54,303 nucleotides of DNA from a bacterium (GTDB taxonomy: Bacteria; Hydrothermota; Tepidihabitantia; Tepidihabitantales; Tepidihabitantaceae), in NCBI GenBank assembly GCA_046485245.1, contig JAWOHG010000069.1:1-54303 (forward strand), in the 5' to 3' direction. Numbering within the stretch: the stretch's first letter is position 1; each line of letters starts with the position of its first letter. Positions 35,549 to 43,004 of the stretch are shown piece by piece. The notes below the pieces were generated by a model. The model saw nothing but the letters and a program-made list of their open reading frames with translations, was not told where the DNA came from and ran no database searches. The position numbers and the translations under genes were made by a program.

Positions 35549-37024
35549 TTACTGCTTCACAACCAGTTGAGTTGCGGTGACACCGGGCGCGCGGCATAGG
35601 TATGCGCCGGCCGGCAGTACCCGGCCCGCGTCGTCGCGGCCGTCCCAGGGGATGGGGGCGTGGGACGAGGTGCGAGGGGTGAGGGAACGAACGAGGCGGC
35701 CGGAGACGTCGAGTACCTGAAGTGGTCGAGTGGTCGAGTGGTCGAGTGAGAAGTGGACAAGAGAGCGGAACGGGTTGGGCCAGGCGCGGATTGCGGTTCG
35801 GCCGACGATCGCTTGTTCGGTGACCGCGTTCGGTGAATCGTAGACCTTCAGCAGGGTGCCGCCGCCGGCAATGGCGAGGAATCCGAAGTCGCTGATGGCC
35901 GGGTTCGAAGTACTGACGTTGAAGATGGAGTCGCACGCGATCGGCCGGAGGTCGGGCGAAAATACGTGCAGCGCACCGCCGGCGTAGCCGCCGTTGGTCG
36001 CGTACACCAGGCCGTCGGCGCCGACCGCCAAGTGGGCCGCAAAGACGGCGGTCGGGTCCTTGATGACCGGGCTTGAGTCGGTCGCCGCACCGGTCTGGGG
36101 GTCGAGCCGGACGACACGGCCGTCCGACAGGGCGTACACCGAGGAATCGGGTCCGCAGGCGAGCTGGGCCCACATCGCGGCCGGGTCCTCGCTCACCTCG
36201 TGAACCCAGCGGACGTGCAGGCTGTCGCCGTGGTCTTCGATGGCCGTCACGTTGTCGCCGCAGCGGTGGGCGTAGAGCACGCCGTCCGGCCCGGCGATGA
36301 TGTTGCCGTAGGGCGCGGTGCCGCCCGGGTGGGTATCCTCGACCAGGGCCGAGTCGAGCTTGCGGCCTGTGGCCAGGTCGAATGCATAGACCTTCAGGTT
36401 GCCGCCGACCAGGGCGCCACCGAACCCGTAGAATCGGTCGCCCGACACGGTCAGGTCGGCCGAGCCGGACACCGGCCAGACACGCGGCGTGGTCCAGACC
36501 GTGCTGCCGTCGGTGCGGTCTATGCGGGCAGTCTGGAACCCATCGCAACTCACGATGAGGTCGCCGTCCTCGGCAAAGGTCACGCTTTCGGAGAGGTACA
36601 TGTGGGCTTGGAGTGCCGCGGTCCAGAGCGTCGTGCCGCTGTCTGAGTCCAGGCAGTAGAGCGTGTCCGGGTAGGGACTGGTCAGTTCAACAGCGTAGAC
36701 CTGGTTGTCGCGGAATCCGACCGGCAGGGACCGCCCGCCCGGCGCACCGAGGTCGCGGGACCAAAGGTGGTAGCCGGACACGAGGTCGTGGCAGACGATT
36801 GGGCCGTTGGTGAAGTCGTAGCGGTAGGTGACCAGTTTGTAGTCACAGATGTAGACCTGCTGGCCGTACGAGCTGTAGGCGCTGCTGTCCCAGAGCACCC
36901 GGTCCAGGTAGGAGGTGGCGGTCGTCAGGGCCATCCCGGCCCGTCCCGCGTTTCCCCCGCCCGTGGTCCAGTCGGCGAGGGCCACAGCAGAGAGCAGGCA
37001 CAACAGCAGGGTAGTGCACTTCAT
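35549..37024 (-). CDS. PQQ-like beta-propeller repeat protein with T9SS CTD (tandem paralogue 1, operon-first)
   Basis: Signal peptide MKCTTLLLCLLSAVALA. Same collinear motifs as paralogues 2 and 3. CTD: NPFRSLVHFSLDHSTTRPLQVLDVSGRLVRSL...GAYLCR. Confidence 0.85.
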   Translation of the reverse strand: MKCTTLLLCLLSAVALADWTTGGGNAGRAGMALTTATSYLDRVLWDSSAYSSYGQQVYICDYKLVTYRYDFTNGPIVCHDLVSGYHLWSRDLGAPGGRSLPVGFRDNQVYAVELTSPYPDTLYCLDSDSGTTLWTAALQAHMYLSESVTFAEDGDLIVSCDGFQTARIDRTDGSTVWTTPRVWPVSGSADLTVSGDRFYGFGGALVGGNLKVYAFDLATGRKLDSALVEDTHPGGTAPYGNIIAGPDGVLYAHRCGDNVTAIEDHGDSLHVRWVHEVSEDPAAMWAQLACGPDSSVYALSDGRVVRLDPQTGAATDSSPVIKDPTAVFAAHLAVGADGLVYATNGGYAGGALHVFSPDLRPIACDSIFNVSTSNPAISDFGFLAIAGGGTLLKVYDSPNAVTEQAIVGRTAIRAWPNPFRSLVHFSLDHSTTRPLQVLDVSGRLVRSLTPRTSSHAPIPWDGRDDAGRVLPAGAYLCRAPGVTATQLVVKQ

Positions 37025-37030
37025 CGCGCA

Positions 37031-37058
37031 ATTGTAGACCGGGAGGCGGGCGGGTCAA
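37031..37058 (-). promoter_or_regulatory. Promoter TTGACC-16-TACAAT, 6 nt before ATG 37024 (leaderless geometry)
   Basis: Minus strand: gTTGACCcgcccgcctcccggtcTACAATtgcgcgATGaag. Same geometry as the promoter at 8770-8797. Confidence 0.65.
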
Positions 37059-37086
37059 CGCCGCACGATGCCTCGTGACATTTCGC

Positions 37087-37116
37087 TTGACATTGATATT
37101 TCGGCAAGCAAACTAT
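37087..37116 (+). promoter_or_regulatory. Promoter/operator module TTGACA-N17/18-(A)AACTAT, 4-5 nt before GTG 37121
   Basis: cTTGACAttgatatttcggcaagcAAACTATcattGTG. 33 of 43 positions are identical to 43514-43556. Confidence 0.55.
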
Positions 37117-37120
37117 CATT

Positions 37121-39433
37121 GTGATTGATGATTCATCGGGGTCGACAAACCAGTCGGCGCGGGCCGGCCTGCTGGCGCCGCTCGGCCGGCTGTGCGCCCG
37201 CCGGCCCTGGCTGGTCATTGCCGCGGTCGTGCTCGTGACTGCCGTGGTGTCGCCGTTCATTGCCCGCATGCGAATCGAGACGAACCTGGCGCGGCTGCTG
37301 CCCGAGGACGACCCGGGCCGGCAGGCCACGGCGACCGTGGACCGGGAGTTCGGCGGGTCGGACATCGCCGTTGTCATCGTCGAGCCGGGCGACGTGTTCC
37401 GGCCGCAGGTGCTGGAGGCGCTCGACAGCCTGGCCGGGGCGATTGCCGGGATCCCGGGCGTCACCGAAGTGCAGAGTTTGACCACCCTGCAGGACGTCAG
37501 CGGGCAGGGCGACGACGTGCTCATCCGGGCCGTGGTCGAGTCCATCCCGCACGATGCCGCGGCGATGCGCTCGCTGCGTGAGTCGGTGCTGGCCGACAAG
37601 CGGTACCGCGGCGTGCTGGTGTCGGCCGACGGCGGTTCGGCGCTGCTCGTGGCGCGGCTGGCCCCGGTCAACGACCCGGCCGTGACCGCCCGGGAACTCG
37701 AGCGGGTCGTGCAGGCGTCGAGCCTCGGCCCGGTGTCGTCGATGGCCGGCTCGGCCGTGCAGATGATGTACGTGCAGGATTGGCTGATGAGCGACCTGGT
37801 GCGGCTGCTGCCGGTCGTCGTCCTGGTCCTGGTTCTCGTGCTGGCGCTGATGTTCCGCAGCGCCTACGGTGTCCTGCTGCCGCTTTCGGGCGTGCTGCTC
37901 GCGCTGGCCTGGACGATGGGGCTGGCCGGCGCCTGCGGCCAGCAGTTGACCCTGCCGATGGCGCTGCTGCCGCCGGTGCTGGTCTCGGTGGGCAGCGCCT
38001 ACGGCATCCACATTGTCGAGCGCTGGAACCACGAGCGCAGGCAGGGTAGGAGCGGACGCGAGGCGGTGGTCACCGCGGTCGGCAAGACGGGCCTGCCCGT
38101 GTTCATGGCGACGGCGACGACCGCGGCCGGGTTTGCGTCCAACGCGTTCATGCCCATCGGGGCAATCCGCGGCTTCGCGATATTCTCCAGCGTCGGGGTG
38201 CTGCTGTCGTTCGTGCTGGCCGTGACGTACATCCCGGCGGTGCTCGCGCTGCTGCCGGCGCGTGCCGGCCTGTCGAGACAGAAGGCCGAGTCGGCCGGGC
38301 GCAGGGTGCGTGTCCTGGGCAGGGTCGCGGGCGGACTGGCAAGCCGGCGCGGTCTTGTCCTGGCCGTGACTGGCGCGGTCGTCGCGGCCGGACTCCTGCT
38401 GGCCCTGCGCGTGCAGCCCCAGACCGATTTCATCAGCTATTTCAGGAAGGGCTCGGTACCGGTGCGCGCGGCGCGGGTCGTGAATGAGCGGTTCGGCGGC
38501 GCCTACCAGTTCGAGTTCGTGGTCGAGGGCGACATAGCGGACCCGGGCCTGCTCGGCCGGGTGGAGCGGTTCGAGCGAGGGCTGGAGGCTGTCCCCAACG
38601 TCTCCAGCGTCTTCTCGGTCGCGGACGTGGTGCGGTCCACGAACAGGGCGTTCAATTCCGGCGCGGCCGAGTTCGACCGCCTGCCCGCCTCGCGAGAAGA
38701 AATAGCGCAATACCTGTTCGTGCTGTCGATGTCCGGGTCGGACTTCCTCGCCTCGTACGTCACGCCCGACTACCAACTTGCGCGAATCTCGGCGCGGTTC
38801 GGGCGACAGGAGAGCCGCGACATCGGTGTGGCGATGAAGGCGGTCGACAGCCTGAAGCGCGAGGTGTTCCTGCCCTCCGACAAGGTGTCGGTCGGCGGGA
38901 TGCCGATGGCCATCTTCGCGCTTGACCGGGCCATCCAGCGCAACCAGCTCATCAGCATCATCGCGGCGATGCTCGCGGTGTTCCTCCTGGTGGCCATAAG
39001 CTTTCGGTCCCTGCGGCTCGGCCTCGCGGCGCTCCTGCCGCTGGCCCTGACGCTCGCCATCTCGTTCGGGGTGATGGGCGCGACCGGGACCAACGTCGAC
39101 CTGGTGACGGCGATGCTTGGTTCCATCGCCATCGGCGTCGGCATCGACTATTCCTGCCACCTCATCGCCCGGTACCGCGAGGAGTCCGAGACCGGCGGTC
39201 CGGGCGGCGCGGCCCTGCGCGCGGTCGCGGGGTCAGGGCCGGGCATCGTCGCGAACGCGCTGGCGGTCGGGCTGGGCTTCGCGGTGCTCGCACTTTCTTC
39301 GCTTTCGATAATCCAGAAGTTCGGAATACTGGTCGCCGGCACGATGCTGCTATCGAGCGCCGGCGCCCTGCTGGTGCTGCCGGTCGTGCTCTCGATGAGA
39401 CGGCCTCGCGGCGTCGGCCCAAGGAGCAATTGA
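37121..39433 (+). CDS. RND-superfamily exporter (COG1033 / MMPL-HpnN-like, two 6-TM bundles)
   Basis: 770 aa. Two repeats, each a periplasmic loop followed by a TM bundle, with SSD-like segments (LPLSGVLLALAWTMG; IAIGVGIDYSCHLIARY). Confidence 0.88.
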   Translation: MIDDSSGSTNQSARAGLLAPLGRLCARRPWLVIAAVVLVTAVVSPFIARMRIETNLARLLPEDDPGRQATATVDREFGGSDIAVVIVEPGDVFRPQVLEALDSLAGAIAGIPGVTEVQSLTTLQDVSGQGDDVLIRAVVESIPHDAAAMRSLRESVLADKRYRGVLVSADGGSALLVARLAPVNDPAVTARELERVVQASSLGPVSSMAGSAVQMMYVQDWLMSDLVRLLPVVVLVLVLVLALMFRSAYGVLLPLSGVLLALAWTMGLAGACGQQLTLPMALLPPVLVSVGSAYGIHIVERWNHERRQGRSGREAVVTAVGKTGLPVFMATATTAAGFASNAFMPIGAIRGFAIFSSVGVLLSFVLAVTYIPAVLALLPARAGLSRQKAESAGRRVRVLGRVAGGLASRRGLVLAVTGAVVAAGLLLALRVQPQTDFISYFRKGSVPVRAARVVNERFGGAYQFEFVVEGDIADPGLLGRVERFERGLEAVPNVSSVFSVADVVRSTNRAFNSGAAEFDRLPASREEIAQYLFVLSMSGSDFLASYVTPDYQLARISARFGRQESRDIGVAMKAVDSLKREVFLPSDKVSVGGMPMAIFALDRAIQRNQLISIIAAMLAVFLLVAISFRSLRLGLAALLPLALTLAISFGVMGATGTNVDLVTAMLGSIAIGVGIDYSCHLIARYREESETGGPGGAALRAVAGSGPGIVANALAVGLGFAVLALSSLSIIQKFGILVAGTMLLSSAGALLVLPVVLSMRRPRGVGPRSN

Positions 39434-40164
39434 TGAGACACTTCACACTCGCGCTGTTCTGCGCGGCCGGGCTCGCCGCAGGCGGCGAGGCGCTGTCCGG
39501 TCAGCAGATACTCGACCGGGTCCGCGATGCCACGACCGCGACCGACCGCCGGGCCCGGGCGACGATGACCATCACCGACCGCAACGCGCGGGTCCAGGCC
39601 CGAAGCCTGCGGATGGTGATGAAGGGTAACGAGAAGCTCTTGATGACTTTCGAGTCGCCGGCCGACCTGAAGGGCGTGTCGTTCCTGTCGACCTCGCCCG
39701 AGAACATGTGGATATACCTGCCGGCGCAGGGCCGGGTGCGCCGCGTTGCCGGGGCGATGGCGGACCAGGGACTGGGCGGCTCGGACTTCTCCTACAGCGA
39801 GATGGCCAACATCTCGTTCGCGGACCAGGGCAAGGTCGAAGGCCTCAAGGACACGATTGTCGCGGGCAAGGCGGCTTGGGTGGTCGCGACCCGCGACGCC
39901 GACGGCGTGGTCAGCCGGCTCGCGGTCGACCGGGACAGGTTCCTGCCGCTGGAGATGACCCGGCTCGACCGCTCGGGCAAGCCGTCCAAGCGGGTCCTTT
40001 TCGGCGACTTCGTCCAGTCGGGCGAGAGCTGGGTGCCGCGGCTCGTGACCGTGCGCGACCTGGCCCGGGGCAGCCGCACCGAGCTCAAGCTGACCGACGT
40101 GAAGCTCAACACCGGCATCAAGGACAACCTGTTCACCGAGGCGAACCTGAAGAAGGGGGCGTGA
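39433..40164 (+). CDS. LolA-like outer-membrane lipoprotein-sorting family protein
   Basis: The ATG at 39433 has AGGAG 7 nt upstream and a 1-nt overlap with the RND stop (TGATG). Signal peptide present. Size and beta-rich pattern match the LolA-like partners of COG1033 exporters. Confidence 0.75.
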   Translation: MRHFTLALFCAAGLAAGGEALSGQQILDRVRDATTATDRRARATMTITDRNARVQARSLRMVMKGNEKLLMTFESPADLKGVSFLSTSPENMWIYLPAQGRVRRVAGAMADQGLGGSDFSYSEMANISFADQGKVEGLKDTIVAGKAAWVVATRDADGVVSRLAVDRDRFLPLEMTRLDRSGKPSKRVLFGDFVQSGESWVPRLVTVRDLARGSRTELKLTDVKLNTGIKDNLFTEANLKKGA

Positions 40165-40165
40165 G

Positions 40166-41467
40166 ATGACTCAGGCGGGAGTCGCGCTGCTCGCGCTGCT
40201 GGCCGCGGGACCGGACGGCGAGGTCAGCTCCCGCATCCAGTTGCGCCTGGGGGCGCTGGACAGTGCGGCGGTGAGCTGGTTCGAGACGCGGGCCGTTCTC
40301 GGTTACTCGCCGGACCTCGGCGAGCGGGTGCGGGGCCGATTCGGGTTCGAGTTGCGGGCCGACGGCCTGGCCGCAATCGGCAGCTATGCCGACCTGGCCG
40401 AAGCGGATAAGCGCGAGCCGGTGTCGCTGCTCGTCAACGAAGCCTGGCTTCAGTTCCCCGATGCCCTGCCCGGCCTGAGCCTGACTCTCGGGCGGCAGAA
40501 GGTCCACTGGGGCACCGGGGACGGGGTCAGTCCGACCGACAACCTCTGCGCGCCGGACTACTCCGACCCACTGGTCTGGGACGCGCGCCGGCCGGCCTGG
40601 CTGGCGCTGGCCGAGTATGCGCCGGTGCAGGCCTTCGGCATCGAGGCGGCAATCAAGCCGGTGTTCGAGCCGGCGCTCAGCACGACGTCGCGGTGGTTCA
40701 GCGTGAAGATGCTGCCGAGCGTCGACGAGTTGCGCGAGGGCATCAGGCTGGGCCTCATCGGCAACGGCTACGACACGGCGACCGCGCGGTACGTGGCCGG
40801 GCTGTACAACATCAGCATCGCGGAACGGCTCGACCTGCCCGCCAACAGCCTCGAGAACTTCACCGGCGGGGTTAGGGCCAAAACCCACTTCGGCAGTATC
40901 GACCTGTCGGCCAGCGTCCTGCGCGGCTGGGGGTTCCTGCCCGGCTATTCGCCGGTCGTTAGCATCGACAGCTTCGACTACAGCTTCACCCTGGTCGGCA
41001 GCTTCCCACGCCGGACCGTGGTCGGGGCCGACTTCGCGGCCGACCTTGCCGGCGTGGGCCTGCGCGCCGAGGCGGCCTGGTCGCTCTACGACGACAGCCT
41101 GCCCGAGGATGAACTGGAGCTGATTGCCGGGGCCGACTACTCGGTCGCCGGGTTTTACCTCAACGCCCAGTACCTGCGTGGCGGGTTCCCGCTGGCCCTG
41201 GCCGCGGGCGCGTCCGGCGCCGGCAAGGACTTTGTCCTCGGCGCGGTCGAGCGCGAGTTCCTCGACACCCGGCTCAAGGTGCGGCTGGGCGGCGCGGTCG
41301 ACCTGCGCGACGCCTCCTGGGCCTTCCAGCCGGTCCTGACCGTCAGGCCGGTGTCGGTCGCCGAAGTCGAGTTCGGCGCGATGCTGTTCGGGGGAGAGGC
41401 CGGCTCGGCCTTCGCCCCGCTCGGGGACAACGATATGGCCTTTCTCGGCGCACGGTTCCGGTTCTAG
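40166..41467 (+). CDS. Outer-membrane beta-barrel protein (DUF1302-like)
   Basis: Signal peptide. TLGRQKVHWGTGDG motif resembling the DUF1302 hallmark. Alternating strand pattern. C-terminal FLGARFRF ends in Phe, a typical beta-signal. Confidence 0.6.
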   Translation: MTQAGVALLALLAAGPDGEVSSRIQLRLGALDSAAVSWFETRAVLGYSPDLGERVRGRFGFELRADGLAAIGSYADLAEADKREPVSLLVNEAWLQFPDALPGLSLTLGRQKVHWGTGDGVSPTDNLCAPDYSDPLVWDARRPAWLALAEYAPVQAFGIEAAIKPVFEPALSTTSRWFSVKMLPSVDELREGIRLGLIGNGYDTATARYVAGLYNISIAERLDLPANSLENFTGGVRAKTHFGSIDLSASVLRGWGFLPGYSPVVSIDSFDYSFTLVGSFPRRTVVGADFAADLAGVGLRAEAAWSLYDDSLPEDELELIAGADYSVAGFYLNAQYLRGGFPLALAAGASGAGKDFVLGAVEREFLDTRLKVRLGGAVDLRDASWAFQPVLTVRPVSVAEVEFGAMLFGGEAGSAFAPLGDNDMAFLGARFRF

Positions 41468-41488
41468 CGATGGCGTGAGGCGAGAACC

Positions 41489-42199
41489 GTGACAGCATTC
41501 GGCATCCTGGCGCTGGTGACCGCGCTCCAGCCGCCCGCAGTCCACGCCGAGTCGCTCTACCTGAACCGCCACCTCGGGCCCGGCCTGCTGGACAGCGCCT
41601 GGACCCTCGTGGCGGATGCGCGAGCGCAGTCGCCGGCCGACCCGGCCTTGCTTGCGCTCTTGGCGCAGATGTGCGTCGAGCGCGGGGACCGTTCGGTCAA
41701 CACGGCCGGTAAACTGGCCTGGTATGACCGGGCCGCGGCCGTGGCCGACAGCCTGCGCATCGCCCGGCCTGACCTGCCGGCCGGGCACTTCTGGTGGGCC
41801 ACTGCGCGCGGCAGCGCCGGCCGCGTGCGCGGAGTGGTCAACTCGCTCGGCCTGCTCGGCCCGATACGCGCGGCATTCGAGCGGAGCGTCGAACTGGACT
41901 CGGGGTTCGCGTTGGGCTGGTACGCCTTGGGCAGGCTCTACCTCGAACTGCCGCCCGTGGCCGGGGGCAGCGCGGCCAAAGCCGAGCGCTTCCTGCGCGG
42001 AGCGCTCGCGGCCGACCCGCACCTCACCATCGCCCGGCTTGGCCTGGCCGAGGCCCTTGTCCGGCTCGGGCGCAAAGCTGAGGCGCGCGAGGAACTCGGG
42101 CGCGTACTCGGAGAGACCGCGCCGTCTCACCCGGCCGAGTTCGTGCTGTCCGACCGGCCCGCGGCAGAGGAGATGTTGCGGAGGATGGGAAGGAAGTGA
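41489..42199 (+). CDS. Secreted helical-repeat protein, paralogue of 28272-29012
   Basis: Signal peptide ILALVTALQPPAVHA. Conserved blocks shared with the 28272 product (see that entry). Confidence 0.65.
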   Translation: MTAFGILALVTALQPPAVHAESLYLNRHLGPGLLDSAWTLVADARAQSPADPALLALLAQMCVERGDRSVNTAGKLAWYDRAAAVADSLRIARPDLPAGHFWWATARGSAGRVRGVVNSLGLLGPIRAAFERSVELDSGFALGWYALGRLYLELPPVAGGSAAKAERFLRGALAADPHLTIARLGLAEALVRLGRKAEAREELGRVLGETAPSHPAEFVLSDRPAAEEMLRRMGRK

Positions 42200-42222
42200 A
42201 GAGAGGAGAAGGACGAGGGCGC

Positions 42223-42474
42223 GATGTCAGACGTGAGATGTCAGAGACCAGAGGTCAGAGGTGTCGGGCGAATGCAGAAATCAGAAGGCAGAATGGTGAA
42301 TGCAGAGTGCCCTACCTGAGCGAATGACTAATTCCAAAGGACGAATGACTAATCGAGCGCGGAATGGACGAAGAGCAAGGTCAGACCTTGGACTCTAGAC
42401 ATTCGACAGTAGGAATTCGGAATTGCCCACTTTCCACTGCATAGTCCTTTGGCCTTGATACTTGATTGCTTGCC
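42223..42474. repeat. 36-unit degenerate heptanucleotide array in a single register
   Basis: Reading in steps of 7 from 42223 gives GATGTCA GACGTGA GATGTCA GAGACCA GAGGTCA GAGGTGT CGGGCGA ATGCAGA AATCAGA AGGCAGA ATGGTGA ATGCAGA ... GACCTTG GACTCTA GACATTC GACAGTA GGAATTC GGAATTG CCCACTT TCCACTG CATAGTC CTTTGGC CTTGATA CTTGATT GCTTGCC. Confidence 0.85.
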
Positions 42475-42490
42475 CTCGCGGCGACGGCAC

Positions 42491-42518
42491 TTGACGGGCG
42501 GCGTGACGCGCTCATAAT
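42491..42518 (+). promoter_or_regulatory. Promoter of marR: TTGACG-16-CATAAT, 5 nt before ATG 42524 (leaderless geometry)
   Basis: cTTGACGggcggcgtgacgcgctCATAATggccaATG. Confidence 0.65.
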
Positions 42519-42523
42519 GGCCA

Positions 42524-42997
42524 ATGCCTACTAAGCAGGAGAGTTTCTACCTCGCCAAGCTCGAGTGGCTCGGGCCGATACTCGTGCGCGGCCTGCGCCT
42601 GATGCCGGCGGTCGAGGGGATGGAACGGGAGTTCTCCTTCTCCCAGACGCTCATCCTGATGATGCTGCTCACCCAGCAGAGCGTGAAGATGAAGGAGCTC
42701 GCCCGCCTGCTCGGGCTTTCCCGGGCCAACGCGACCGGGCTGGTGGACCGGCTGGAGGCACGCGGCCTGGTCGAGCGGCGGCACTCGACCGAGGACCGGC
42801 GGGTCGTGCACGTCAGCCTCACGCGCAAGGGCCAGCAGACTGCGCGCAAGCTCAATGAGGCCCGGCGCACGGGCCTCGCCCAGATGATGCGCCGCGTCCC
42901 GTCCAAGAACCTCTCCGTGTTCATCGAGACCCTCGAGCAGATGGCGATGGGCCTGGCCGAGACCCAGTCCGACCTGCTCCTGCCGCCCAAGAGCTGA
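42524..42997 (+). CDS. MarR family transcriptional regulator
   Basis: 157 aa. Winged-helix block LTQQSVKMKELARLLGLSRANATGLVDRLEARGLVERRHSTEDRRVVHVSLTRKG. Confidence 0.9.
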   Translation: MPTKQESFYLAKLEWLGPILVRGLRLMPAVEGMEREFSFSQTLILMMLLTQQSVKMKELARLLGLSRANATGLVDRLEARGLVERRHSTEDRRVVHVSLTRKGQQTARKLNEARRTGLAQMMRRVPSKNLSVFIETLEQMAMGLAETQSDLLLPPKS

Positions 42998-43004
42998 CGG
43001 CGCG

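Noticed and set aside
42224-42319. 31-codon ORF (MSDVRCQRPEVRG...) inside the heptad array, with similar peptides (S[DE]VRCQ[KR]P[DE]VR) readable in R1 and R2 on the opposite strand
   Set aside because: The peptide similarity follows directly from the DNA repeat. Differences between copies are not biased to third codon positions, the copies sit in different orders and orientations, and there is no convincing RBS. I treat them as non-coding.
42181-42474. Idea that the array is a CsrA/RsmA-type sponge RNA because of many GGA triplets
   Set aside because: The GGA motifs are not presented in recurring hairpin loops, no promoter or terminator delimiting an sRNA is visible, and no csrA gene is in the window. 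I kept it only as a remote hypothesis under the array finding.
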